Counted from the stretch's first letter, positions 38,670 through 51,477 are shown. The stretch is DNA of 64,000 bases from Octopus sinensis (GCF_006345805.1 NC_043011.1:10292001-10356000), one strand, 5' to 3'. Made by a program: numbers and translations. Notes: a model not told the origin generated them from the sequence alone.

Positions 38670-39330
38670 GCCATCATCATCATCATTATCCTTTGACGTC
38701 CATTGTCCATGCTGGCATGGGTTGGACAGTTTGACCAGGGCTGGTAAGCTGAAGGGCTGCCACAAACACCAGTCTGATTTGGCATGGTTTCTATGACTGG
38801 AAGCCGTTCCTAATGCCAACCACTCCAAGAGTGTAACAGGTGCTTTTACGTGCCATCAGCATAGGTTCCAGTTGCATGGCACCAGTCTCTGCCAGAACTA
38901 CGATTTCACTTGGTTTGATGGGTCTTCTTCTCAAGCATGGCGCATTACTGATGGTCTTGGTCGTTTGTCATAGCCTCTGTGAAGCCCAGCGCTTGAAAGG
39001 ATTTTTTTACATGCCACCAGCACAGGTGCTAGTTACACAACATTAGTACCGGTTACATTGCCTCTGTGAGGCCCAATGCTCAAAAAGGTGCCCTTACGTG
39101 ACACTGGCATTGGCCGTGACTATGTATTCACTTGGCTTGACGGGTCTTCTCAAGTGTGGCAAAACATCAAAGGTTTCAGTCACTAGTCATTACCTCCATG
39201 AGACCCAACATTCGAAGATCATGCTTCACCGCCTTCTCCCATGTCTTCTTGGGTCTACCCTTTCAACATGTTCCCTCCACAATTAGAGATTGACACTTCT
39301 TTACACAGCTGTCCTCATCCAATATTTGCT
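38670..39330 (-). mobile_element. RTE LINE 3' end (C-terminus + 3'UTR), older copy
   Basis: 39180-39320 matches 11590-11720 (GAAGATCATGCTTCACC..TCTTGGGTCTACC); 38670-38860 matches the 3'UTR and CAT tail. Confidence 0.75.
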
Positions 39331-39369
39331 AATTTTTAGCATTGTCATACTTTACAGGAGTTGTACAAG

Positions 39370-39575
39370 TGAAGTATGGTCTCTGTCAAGATGAAGCAGT
39401 TGATCCAATCAGCAGAACAACCAGCGCATGAAATGCAAGTGGTGGAGCAGTCTACAGACGTGTGGACCCTTGATAGAGATGGCTCATTGAAATACAGATA
39501 CAACTCATTTTTGCCAGGTGAGTGGACTGAAGCAAAATGATCTAACCACTGAGCCATGCCCATTCACATCTGTGG
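39370..39575 (-). mobile_element. tRNA-derived SINE of another family, internally deleted
   Basis: Minus strand GCATGGCTCAGTGGTTAG..CAGTCCACTCACCTGGCAAAAATGAGTTGTATCTGTATTTCA; related copy at 42300-42440 (+). Confidence 0.6.
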
Positions 39576-41455
39576 ATAGGAAGTTACTCAAATGATGGCA
39601 ACTCATCCAACCCATACCAGCACGGTAAAGTGAGCATAAAATGATGATGATGATGGTGGTGGTGGTGGTGGTGGTGGTAATAAACCAGTAATACTATGAG
39701 TGCCAATTGACATTTAGTATATCACTGGTGCTTATTTTATTGACCCTGGAGAAATGAAAAGCAATACTGAGCTTAGATTTAAACCCAGAATGTAACGGAA
39801 TAAAACTAAACATGTTTTGGTATTTGGTCCACCAATCCACCACAAGAACAACAACATCAAGATACAAAGAGAGGAAAAAGAAAACAGAAAAGGTTTCTGA
39901 GGTGACAGATTGATTTCTGTAAAAAATCAAAAGTTGAAAATTATAAATTGTATAAAATTGCAGGTAAATAAATGTTCCTCTCAGAGAAATGTAGAAAGTT
40001 TTCAAAAGACTCTTGAAGTCATTTGAAATGAGTGTTTTACTGTTATGAGCAGAAAGGAATTCCTTGAGAGAACAAAATGATTGTTAGTTTGTGAATTAAG
40101 GGGGAAACAGGAAAAAAAACCCAACTAGAATAGAATTTGAAGTCAATAATTTCACACAAGCACCATTGATTAATCTGATACAATTGATAATCAATGATCA
40201 GCGATGGGAGTAGTTTTTTGTTTTTTTATATTAATAGACAAGTGAATAGATTAATGCCGGGACAGAAAAATAAAACAAGGGAAAAATAAAAATGAATAGT
40301 TTAATTATAAATTAATAATTAAATTTTCTACTCCAAGCAATTAATTTTAGTCTTTTTCTCTTACTCATTCAACACCACATACATGCTCACAAGTAGTTTT
40401 ACTTCAAAGAACTTTCCATCGAAGATAGCATCAGCTTTTAATGTTACATAAGATTTAAGGTGGCAGTCAGGCTAAATTTAGAAACCAAAATCTTAGACTT
40501 ACTAAATTACAAGGGTATTTATATTGTTCAGACACACTTTACAGACATTAAATGGCTGTTTTGCTCTTTCTATTTTGTAACCTAAAACAAGTTTCTACCT
40601 CAAGTAACTCTTAAAGTCAAATGCATGTCAAGGAATTTGGTCTTAGAAAATTATCCCGTTTTCACACTTGAACACACATTTAGTAAATAAAATCATAAAT
40701 TTCAACATTTTATAGAAAAAAAGTTACAATTGTTTATTCCTTAAAGTGTTAACAAGGGTGACAAACTGAGGTGTGAATCAGTCCTTACTGCTTCACTAAA
40801 CCTAGAATAATGAAAAAATTCAGGTTCTGAAGTCAGTGTTAGAAAGAAAAGAGTGAATATTGTAAGAAGCACTACCATTTCTAGAAAATTGAGGTCTTGC
40901 ACTGATTTGGCATCGACCCCAGGTGTTTATTTTAAAGTGATTCAGTTTGAACTCATTATGTGGGAGAAACAGCACGAAAATGCTATAAATTACAGTCAAT
41001 TTATTGAGCTTCAGAAAGCAAATCAATTTGGTGTTTATTGTGTTTCTACTGCAAAAATTAAAACTTATTAAATATAACTTTCAGCTTGATTTGTTCGTTA
41101 TTAACACTCAGATGGAAATATTCAAACAAGGAAGAGTTCAAGATGTATTTCAAAACAGCACTGCTAATTCCTGAGCTGTATTAAAGTCGAAAATCAAAGA
41201 TGGCAGCAGATATCTGGTAAATTCATTGCAAGAGATTTACATCACTGCTAATACACTGCCAATGTGTCATTGGTAAATTCATCACCAAACCAAATTCATT
41301 GTTAATAGAATCGTTGTCAGACATTTTATCCACAGTACTAAACATTATTTCAAATATATGTAGTGACAAAGCTAACCATAATGGCAGCCAGTCGTTACTT
41401 CTGGAATACTTTTCAAATTTCACTGCAGACTTACTGAATTTTAAAAAATGTTTCG

Positions 41456-41501
<46 letters not shown>

Positions 41502-41579
41502 AGGTGAGAGACAGATCAATGAGGAGAATTCATGAGGAAAAAAGGGTCAATGTAACAGAAGAACCAGTCATCCAAGTTG

Positions 41580-42180
41580 ACAGTAGTCTATGTTTAAATA
41601 AAGAGATTAAGGATAGGAAGGCAGCAGGGGAGGCACCTGGCCCATCAGACATCAATGCTGAGATGCTGAAAATATGTGGCAGGGTGAGATGTGGTCAGTG
41701 GTAGTAAATTAGGTAGAAGGATGTCATAGCCATTGATTAGCCTAGCAGCATCAATAATAGTACACCAGTCAGTGGAAGTAAGGAAACCAAGAGCACATTC
41801 TATGAAGCCTGTGAGCAAAGTGCGACACTGCACAGACAGGAGATGTGGGTCTTGGATGAGGAGGGTGGGCAAAGGTGAGATAAAAATGAAGCAAACATGC
41901 ATCACTGGGTGTATAATACAGATGTACGTAAGGGACAAGGGGAAAATTAGCTGAGAGAAAAAGTGAAAATCAGAAAAATCAAGAGTGAGGGAGGGAGACT
42001 GGTGCTGTATAAGGATGTGTTGTGCACAGGAAGTAAATGGAACCCCGAAAAAGAGGGAGACTGGAAAGACTTTGAATGAAGTGATGAAGATAGAATTTTT
42101 ACACCTCACTAAGGTCTGATGGTTTATTTTGTGGGAGAAGATCTGCTCAACCACATTAGACATGGTAAAAATTGACATTA
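41580..42180 (+). mobile_element. Decayed RTE RT N-terminal fragment
   Basis: KAAGEAPGPSDINAEMLK (KAPG.DGI.AE.LK motif), then degenerate RT sequence. Confidence 0.6.
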
Positions 42181-42253
42181 AAATTACGTATATATATACA
42201 GGCATAGCCACAGCATGGCCACAGTCTCATGACTGAAACCAGTAAAAGAAAAC

Positions 42254-42284
<31 letters not shown>

Positions 42285-43864
42285 GAGAGAGGTCTTTTGA
42301 GTAAAATGTGCTTGGCCCAGTGGGTAGAGTTTTGGGCTCATAATCTCAATGCCATGAGTTCAACTCCTAAACCAAGCAATGAGTATCCTTGAGTAAAGCA
42401 CTTCATTTGACACAACTCCAGTTTACTCAAGAATGAATAAGTCCCACCCCAGAGCATGTGTCGCCCACCACCACCTCTCTCCTTCTCTCTAGCTGTCACC
42501 TCCTCCATAGTTCTGTTAGGTCAAAAAAGAGTGGAACGTTCATGAATATATTAACCACCTAAAACAAAAACAATCAGCAAAAACATGGTACCTGCTTCCA
42601 GGTAAGCTTTACCTGTGTGTGGTGGCTAAGATGATGTTCTGAATTGAGACATCAAAATTTCAGTAGAATTAAACATAATCTAAAGGAGCAAAAAATTTCA
42701 ATTTATCAAAAAGAGACAAAAAACTTTTGTACTGCATCAATAGTTCCTTGTTTCTTGTGTTGCCACACCTAAATTATGCGATTCTAGCTTGGAAGAATAA
42801 GAACAAACTGCTACTAAAATGCACTGAAAATCTTGAGAAAATGGTTTTAAAGATGGCACACTCAATATACTACTACTGCTACTACTACTACTAATAATAA
42901 TAATAACGACACCAGCAGTTACCCTGAACTACTGATGTAGCCTGATATTCTGGTTTTAAAAGGTTCGTATAACATCAACGTAACTTTATATATGCCTTCA
43001 TTGATAATAAATTAGCAAAATCTTTTGATAAAATGACTGGCAGGGCTGTCTTAATTGTTGACTGGTTAAATAATAGGCAATAAAATATATATTGAATGCT
43101 TCATTTAGTTGTGTCATCAGAATATTTCTCCCCAAACCCATCTTTGCGTGGGTGTGAAGTAACAACTCTGTAATTGCAGGATGATTAGTGAATGTCTTTT
43201 TAAGAGAGAGAAAAACACTGAAAGAAGATGCAGTAAACAAACAAGGCAGAACAGGGTCTGTACTAAAAGTACTAAAAGTACTAAAAGTACTGCCTTGCTT
43301 GAAATTTATGCTTTCCTAATTCAAAGATAGGGGAAATGTCTGTTTAAAAACATCTGATCCAGGCTGGAAATGCAGAAAAATTTCGTTTCTCAATTTCTTT
43401 TTATTTTCTATTCTTTTTCACGTGGTTTATGTATATTTATTCTTCTTTTCTAAATATCTTTTTAAGGTTATAACTAACTTTTTAAAATTTTCTAGAAATA
43501 TTTCCCAAGGGTATTTTACTGTTATTTTCAGTTAGTTTTAACTGCATTCAATGTCATTTCCTAAATACAGATGTTCTGAAAGACAGAATCAAGAACATTT
43601 CTTCACTTTATTCCATCAAAAATAAAACTTTAAATGTCACACAACAGTTGCTGAGAGTAAATCTCTGCTAATTACATTTAATTGACTATGATAACTAAAA
43701 CAAAATCTACCGAACAATGTAAACTTGTATATATATATATATATTCTTGAGCCAACTTAGATATGTAAACAAATAAAAAATATTTGTGTACCATCGTTGG
43801 TTTGAAATAAATGAAATGAATTGCTTTCTTAAATATCATTTTATATATATATATATATTGAATC

Positions 43865-44050
43865 GCTAGCTTCTGCACGCATTTATTTTCTCTCCGTGTT
43901 TCTTTTCTGTGTATCTTTCTGTCGAAGAGCGTAGGCTCGAAACGTAAAAGACTTGTTCTATTTCTATTCCTGAGCGCCATACTAATACAATTGTTTGTTT
44001 GTACTCCACCTGCCTTCGTCTTTTGTTTATTTTCATAAAGCTTCCCGTTA
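43865..44050 (+). mobile_element. PLE pseudo-LTR relic containing a minimal hammerhead
   Basis: Between TA arrays; contains TCTTT-CTGTCGA-A-GAGC-GTAG-GCTC-GAA-ACGT-A-AAAGA. Confidence 0.65.
43914..43951 (+). ncRNA. Minimal type-I hammerhead ribozyme motif, core mutated (CUGUCGA)
   Basis: Stem I UCUUU/AAAGA, stem II GAGC/GCUC, palindromic stem III ACGU, putative cleavage after GUA (43946). A6 is replaced by U. Confidence 0.55.
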
Positions 44051-44055
44051 TATAC

Positions 44056-44099
<44 letters not shown>

Positions 44100-45029
44100 C
44101 ATTATTATTTGATCATCATCATTTAACATCTGTTTTATATGCTGGCATGGGTTGGATAATTTAACTGGAACTGACAGACCAGAGTATTGTGCCAAGCTCT
44201 ATAATCTGCTTTGGCATTGTTCTATGCAGCTGGATGCTCTTGCTAACACACACACACACACATGCCAGTTTTTAAAAGGATAAAATGTAATGGTCTCACG
44301 AGTAGTAGTAGTAGTAGTATGGGGAAATATGCTGTAACAGCACACAACCAGATCCACCATTTGTGAGTGTTTCCCTCCTACTTGTGAGAGATAATGTCTT
44401 TGCACCCCTCAGGCAACAACCCTCCAGCCAATGGGTCTGTTGGGTAGTTGTTGCTAGTGAGGGTTTGATGTGGTCGAGTGCAAATCCTACCTCAGCCTCT
44501 TTTATTCACCTTTTATGACATGCAGAGGAAGTGCTAGGTCTATTCACTGATATTTGAAAATACCATTCTTTTGTCCTACAGCTGTTCCCACAACTAAGAT
44601 ACAAATACCAGCCATACAAAGACACACATCAAACAAATTAAGATACACCTACTGACATTAAAAAAATGTTTAACTTTACAGTCCAAATTTTACTGTGACA
44701 ATCAGTATATAAGAAACAAGACAAATGCCAAATATATTCAATTCAATTCTTAAAAATGAGTTTGCAAAAGTCTAGAAATGTTGGATGTAGATTGACAAAC
44801 TGTACTATTCCAAACAAATGGTAAAAGGCGAAAAGAAAATACGAAAAATCCCAAAATATAAAAGATAGAACTTCAACACAGGCATGTATTAAATGAAACA
44901 TATGCACATATTATGGGGGATGAGTGCACATATTTATACACACACACACACATTGCACTACTGAAGAAAGCCTTCCCAGTAGGGAATCAGATTCCAGTCT
45001 CCCACATGAGAAGCAGATTATATATACAT

Positions 45030-45181
45030 ACATGGGTTGGACAGTTCAACTGGGGTCTGTGAAGCCGGAAGGCTGCATCAGGCCCAGTCTGATCTGGCAG
45101 TGTTTCTACGGCTGGATGCCCTTCATAACGCCAACCACTCCGTGAGTGTAGTGGGTGCTTTTTACGTGCCACCCGCACAGG

Positions 45182-45186
<5 letters not shown>
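45030..45186 (-). mobile_element. RTE-tail short element (family C)
   Basis: Near-identical to 10965-11115 and 56455-56600. Confidence 0.85.
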
Positions 45187-45213
<27 letters not shown>

Positions 45214-45224
<11 letters not shown>

Positions 45225-47113
45225 GGACAAGATACTGTGATAGCCTGGGCTTCAGAGGCCCACAGCTCTTCATACTAAATGAGCAATTCAAGAATGTTTT
45301 CACCCCACCCCTTGGGCATTTCCAAATCAGCAATCCAACTGACTTCTTCACCACTGCAGATATGGGGTCAGAGGCGGCGATGATTGATTACATCAATGTA
45401 AAGGAAGACGATGTAATAAAGGCTATAGATGAGATGAAAACAAACTCAGCTACTGGCCCCGATGGATTCCCGGCAATCCTTCTGAAAGTATGTAAGAGAG
45501 TCCTAGCAAGACCACTGCAGTCTCTCTTCCAGAGCTTCCTTGAAACTGGCAAACTTCCAAGAAAACTGAAGGAAGGTAAAATATGCCCTATTCATAAAGG
45601 AGGTAGCAGAGCGGAGGCCAAGAACTACAGACCTATCTCTCTGACCTCATACATCAGCAAGGTCATGGAACGAATAGTCAGAAGGAAACTAATCACCTTC
45701 CTTGAAGAAAATGACTTGCTGCCTGACACCCAACATGGTTTCCGACCAGGAAGAAGCTGCTTAACTCAGCTCCTACAACACTATGACTGGGTGCTGAAAC
45801 GACTGCTCAACCACTCAAATGTGGAAGTGATATATCTCGACTTTGATAAAGTCGATCATGGAATGATATGTCACAAACTGCGTGATCTTGGCATAGTTGG
45901 AAAATTGGGAGAATGGCTTCATGACTTTCTGAAGGATAGAAGTCAGGTGGTAGTAGCCAATGGGGCCACTTCCATTAACACGCAAATAGTGAGCGGTGTT
46001 CCGCAGGGCACTGTTTTGGGACCACTACTGTTCATAATGGCCCTCTCAGACATGCCCTCAGCCATGCAGAGAGCCACGATCACAAGTTATGCAGATGATA
46101 CAAAATTTTCACAGGCAATACAAAACCCTGAAGACACTAAGCACCTGCAATATGAGCTGGACGAAATATACAAGTGGGCTGAAAAGAATAGCATGCAGTT
46201 CAATGCTGAAAAGTTTCAAGCTTTATACTATCAGCATGCAAAACTGAATGCAATACCCAATGAATACACTGGACCTGGAGGAATTGCAATCCCAGAGGCA
46301 TAATCAGTGCGTGACCTGGGTATTCACATGAGTGATGACGTGACCTTTCATGTACATGTTGCTAAACTGGCAATGAAATGTAGACAGCTGGCTGGATGGA
46401 TTCTTAGAACCTTTAGAACAAGAGAACTAGAAACCATGATGGTCCTCTAGAAGACACTTGTCCTAAGCCACTTTGACTATTGCTCTCAGCTATGGTCACC
46501 ATCCAGTGTCAAGTTGATCACAGAACTTGAGGCGATCCAATGAGGCTACACGAAGAAGATAGCCTCTGTGCAGCATATGAGCTACTGGGAAAGACTCAAG
46601 AGATTAAAGCTCTATTCCCTGGAGCGTAGGCGAGAAAGATATGCCATAATATATATCTGGAAGATCCTGGAAGGACTTGTCCCAGACTTTGGCATCGAGA
46701 GTCCCACAAATGCCAGAACCGGACGCCACTGTGTAGTACCAAGGACTCCAAATTTGCCATCAAGATGTAGGACAAGATATTGTGATAGCCTGGGCTTCAG
46801 AGGCCCACAGCTCTTCAATATCCTCCCGAAGAACCTGAGGGACCTGCATGGTGTAGATGCGGATGTCTTTAAAGTAGGACTGGATCTCTTCCTGTCAGGT
46901 GTCCCGGACGAACCAACTTCACGGCATGAGGTGCAGATGAGGGCAGCTGCATCGAACTCTCTCATGCATCAGATGGCGTTTGCTAAAAAGCATCCGTGAG
47001 GTAAAATCGTGTAGCAAACCAAATGGCGGTGCCCCAGCATGGCCACAGCTCATTAGCTGAAAGTGGAAAAATCAAAATCAAATCAAAATCATCTATATAC
47101 ATATACATGTAGG
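45214..47113 (+). mobile_element. Young 5'-truncated CR1/L2-group LINE with RT domain, 3'UTR, (AATCA)n tail and 13-bp TSD
   Basis: GPDGFPAILLK..NYRPISLTS..QHGFRPGRSC..YLDF-DKVDH..SGVPQGTVLGPLLF..YADDTK..KFQ; ORF2 continues with a few stops to 46999 (LYSLERRRER). ATATACATGTAGG at 45214-45226 and 47101-47113. Confidence 0.95.
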
Positions 47114-47192
47114 TGAAATAATCTTCAGAGGTGCTTTGTTCCAGGCAGAAACTGCAGGGCTACTCATTTACAAGCTCTTCAAAGGCCATTGC

Positions 47193-47291
47193 AATGCTGG
47201 AAACCCCTTTGTATCATCAGCAGAGATCTCAGGGTCACAAGAATTTTGACCCTGAAATAATGGCTGACAATACAGAAGGGTTTCCAGCATT
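47193..47291. other. 99-nt imperfect hairpin
   Basis: AATGCTGGAAACCC/GGGTTTCCAGCATT (14-bp perfect) and TCAGGGTCA/TGACCCTGA (9-bp perfect) with a 9-nt loop. Confidence 0.85.
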
Positions 47292-47629
47292 ATATATGTA
47301 TATGTATGTATGTGTGTGTGTATGTATATATATGGTTGGTTCCCACCTATAGAAACCATGCCAAAACAGACTGCAGTCTGGTGCAGCGTTCCAGCTTGCC
47401 AGCCCTGGTCAAACCATCCAACCCATGCCAGCATGGACAACAATTAATAAAGAATGCTGCCACAGGTGCACAATGTCTGACGAAGGTATGTACAGGTAGC
47501 ACTAACCCCTAATACCAGACTGACTAGTATTTATTTGATAAATCCCTTAAAGGATAGCTGTAAGAGTGACCCTGGGTAGGAGTTGATGTCAGAAAATATA
47601 AGAAAAAAAACAAGTATGGCCGTAGAATG

Positions 47630-47870
47630 TCTTTATTTAGCACCAACCTGCCAATCTGCATAATTAAAATAACAAATGATATCAAAGTTTGGCACTAAAC
47701 CAAGCATATTTGTAGTCAATACTAATACAGTCCTGGTATTTATTTTATTGACACTAGAAGGATGAAAGGTAAAGCCCTATCTTGGTGAGATTTGAACCAA
47801 CAATGGAACTTAACTAAATACATCAAGGTATTTTTTCTGGCACTTTACCAATATTGCCAACCACTGCCAT
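47630..47870 (-). mobile_element. SINE family B, decayed
   Basis: Reverse complement of the family B head, body and GTGCCAAACTTTGA tail. Confidence 0.6.
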
Positions 47871-47977
47871 CATAACAATAATAATATCTTTTAGTGGAAC
47901 CTTTACTGCTTTTCCAATATTTATTTCTCCAACAACTAATAAAGAATATAGAAATATACCTAGAAGTTTTTGATGAA

Positions 47978-48016
<39 letters not shown>

Positions 48017-48549
48017 GTATGGTTATTGTTAGTGGAATAAATTTTCAGACTGATAGATTTATCTTTTATGTTGTGGCAGTAGTGGGGTGGGGTAGGGTTT
48101 CCAAAATGTTCCAAACAGTTTGATCTTTCCTTCGTATCATGAAAATAAAAATAATACACCACCATATGATAAGTTTTCCATTATGGACGATTTATGGAAT
48201 ATAAAACAGACTTCATACAACACAGAGAATTCAGTCAGGAGGTCCAGGCATAGCTATCTGGTTAAGAACTTCACATGGCAACCATGTGGTGTGAGGTTCA
48301 AACCATGTGCATTGAACTTTAAGCAAAGGTTTTTAACCCTAACCTCACATTGACCACTAACTTCGGAATGGAATTAGGTAAAAGCAAACTGTGTCAAAGC
48401 CTACTGTGTATGTATGTGTGTGAAATTGTTATAATTTTTTGAAGACAAGGGAAGAACATATCTTGTGTGGGATTTCTCTGTATGTCCCTTTGTTGTCCTT
48501 CTGTGTAAGTTTTTAAAATCTTACATACATACATTATATATATATATAA

Positions 48550-48747
48550 TCTGAGATCCCCTTCGGTCATGACACTGACCATGGGATTGCACCTAGAAAG
48601 TTACCCTCCCAGGGACAAGTCCAGGCAAGGTTGTTTATGGAAGACCAGCAGTCGCCCATACATACCAACCTCCCCTCTCCATACCACCAGTGTTATCCAA
48701 TGCAAAGCCGAGGGCTGATACGCTCTAACCACTAAGCCATGCGCCTT

Positions 48748-48750
<3 letters not shown>
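48550..48750 (-). mobile_element. SINE remnant (tRNA A-box head fused to a distinct tail)
   Basis: Minus strand GGCGCATGGCTTAGTGGTTAGAGCG..CTGGTCTTCCATAAACAACCTTGCC..GTGCAATCCCATGGTC. Confidence 0.55.
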
Positions 48751-48822
<72 letters not shown>

Positions 48823-48829
48823 AAACCTT

Positions 48830-49095
48830 TTCATCATCACCTCTTCTGGTGCCACCTCCCCTGTTAAAAGTTTTTGTCTTGCAAGTACTTGGTGACCCTG
48901 TCAGTGCAGGTGCCACTTAAAAGCACCCAGTCCACACTGCAAAGTAGTTGGTGTTAGGAAAGGCATCCAGCTGTAAAAATCCAAAACAGTCACAGAAGTC
49001 TGGTGCAGGCATCATCCTGGCCAGCTCTCATGGAACTGTTCCACCCATGCTAGCATGGAACACGGACGTTAAATGATGATGATGATGATGATAAT
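48830..49095 (+). mobile_element. RTE-tail short element (family C)
   Basis: GGTGTTAGGAAAGGCATCCAGCTGTAAAA..CCCATGCTAGCATGGAACACGGACGTTAAATGATGATGAT. Confidence 0.85.
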
Positions 49096-50099
49096 ACACA
49101 CACACACACACATCAAAATTTTATAAAAGCCAGTAAGATCTAATAACCTTGAAGAGATCATAAAGTACAGGCACCAGTGTAAAATATCTAATGGTCAATT
49201 TAAAAGGAAAAGGACACTGAATGATAGAGTTCCTTCCTTGAAACTGTTTCAGCCAAGTGTCACCACCAGTATCATGCTGGAGCTCTCAATGGTAACCACA
49301 TGATTTTATTTAATGGAGCTAAATTATAAATTTAAACAATATCTTAATTATTGACATAAGAAATTGCTGTTAACTGAAGAATTTCGAGTTCATGTAAACT
49401 CCATGAAACAAAATCAATCCTAGTGGCACAGGTTCTATCTTTCTACACGTGACAGCTTGTTGTTGTTTAGTCCCCTACCCCACCCCCAGAATCTGTAATC
49501 GGAATGTCATGAACACATCATTTAGATAAATTATTCATTACAATAACAAACTCTTCCTGCTGTAGACATCTCTTTGTTAACAACCGTTAAGTGCTTGTCT
49601 GGTCAACAGAAATTTCAGTTAATCAAGTCAACTCAAACAAATAACAACCAACATGGAGAAAGATGGCATCGGAAAATCCTTCACATCATAATTACTTTGA
49701 ACATAATTGCTATCTACGGTCAGGTATGAGCAGTCAAGTACAGTCGACTGGAAGCATTGAACAGTTTCCATACACATCGGCATACCGACATCGTATTTAA
49801 CAAAGATAGGCAAACAGATGCTGCACAGAGAGAAAAATGAAGCTGGGGAGTGCGCGGGGGGGGGGGCGTATACAGAAGTAGAAAGAAGAGAACAGTAAAT
49901 AGAGGAGTAGGGAAATGCATAAATAAATAAATACTCTTTTATATACAAAGGAAATATACTCCTTTGTAAAAAGAGTATTCAATCTAATGATATAGGTCGT
50001 GAACATAGGGAGTACAGGATACCAAACTGTGAACACAATCAGTAAGTTGTGTGTTTAATACACCTCAATGTGGTTGTTATTATCTTCAGTTTTTTTTTC

Positions 50100-50405
50100 T
50101 TGTTTCAGTCATTAGATTGTAGCCATGGTGAGGCACCATCCTGAACAATTTTAATCAAACGAATCGCCCCTACTATTTATTATTTTTTGGTAAGGCCTGG
50201 TACTTATTCGATCAGTCTCTTTTGCTGAACCACTAACACTTGCACAAATACATGACAGGCTTCTTTCAGTTTCCATCTACCAAATCCACTCATAAGGCTT
50301 TGGTCAGCTGAAGGCTATAGTAGAAGACACTTGCCCAAGGTGTCGTTCAGTGAGATTGAACCCAAAACCATGGTTAGGCAGCAAACCTCTTGCCATACAG
50401 CCACC
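50100..50405 (-). mobile_element. SINE family A
   Basis: Reverse-complement homology to 14562. Confidence 0.8.
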
Positions 50406-51477
50406 CCACTGTACTGTGTATGTTCTATTAATGTTCAAGTTTGTTATGTCACCATGACACAAGGAATTCATTCCTTGTTTGAAAGGAATATTTAATTTCT
50501 TCACTTGTTGAATCATACTATTTTTGGTAAGGGTCAGTTTAATTATGTACAAGGATTGGATGACTGACCTTCTTTTGGATTATCAGTTAATTATGGATAA
50601 TCACCAAATGGATAAAATGAACAAACAAACAAGTTTTGTATGAAGACTCATGTATAATGAATTAGGGACTGGTGGGTGGATGTTTAGCCGAGTATATTTG
50701 GAGTTCCACTGCAGCCCTCTCTCTCTCTCTCTCTCTCTCCCTCAATAGATAAACAACACTCTTAATGTTGTGATTAATTCAAATGATGATAACCCACCCT
50801 ACCACACCACCACCACCACTCTCCATTTAAAAATTGTTGTTTGTGGTGAGTCATAAAAAATGATAATCAATCTAGATGGTTTATTATCTATAAATATTAT
50901 TCATTATAAATGGTAACAGAGTTGTGGACAAAGAAATTATGCAAACAACAATAATTAAATAACGGGGAATTGTGAAGAATGATTATTTATAAATGGTTAA
51001 ATCTACACATTGACTAATTAAGTGAAGACAAATTTAGTTTAGTTTTATTGAATCTAAAGAGATAAATAATTAACAGCATTGCTGTTGTAAGGCTTTCAAT
51101 TTCTGTTAAGGTTTTCAAGGTAACCTTATCATCAGATGGAATGGCCTTATTGATTGTTCCTCACTTCTGGGAATAATTCTTTTATATTGTAAAAGATGGA
51201 AATCTCACCAACATTCTTCATTTCAGAAATGTTGAGACATCTATAAAACAAAATAATTGCTGTAATTTAGTTTTATCCCTCTTTGTTTTTAAGTTCAGAA
51301 TCTGAGTCACTTCTACATTTCACTCTCCTGGATCAATAAAATTAATAACAATAAAAGGATCCGTTGCTATTTTTGTGCTGGATTAAAATATCAGAATAAA
51401 TAGTGAATGGTTTTTTTTATATTCTGGGTTCAAATCTCACTAAGGTCAATTTTATTTTTCATCCTTTCATAAGTGTA

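Noticed and set aside
42613-42638. 26-nt candidate minus-strand UTR micro-exon (and a 19-nt one near 60700)
   Set aside because: Supported only by short splice motifs; not distinguishable from chance without RNA data.
45155-46303. 382-aa ORF as a host gene or functional RT
   Set aside because: 5'-truncated LINE ORF2 with no endonuclease, a deletion in the YLDF..AFD motif and downstream stops; its start lies in an adjacent repeat.
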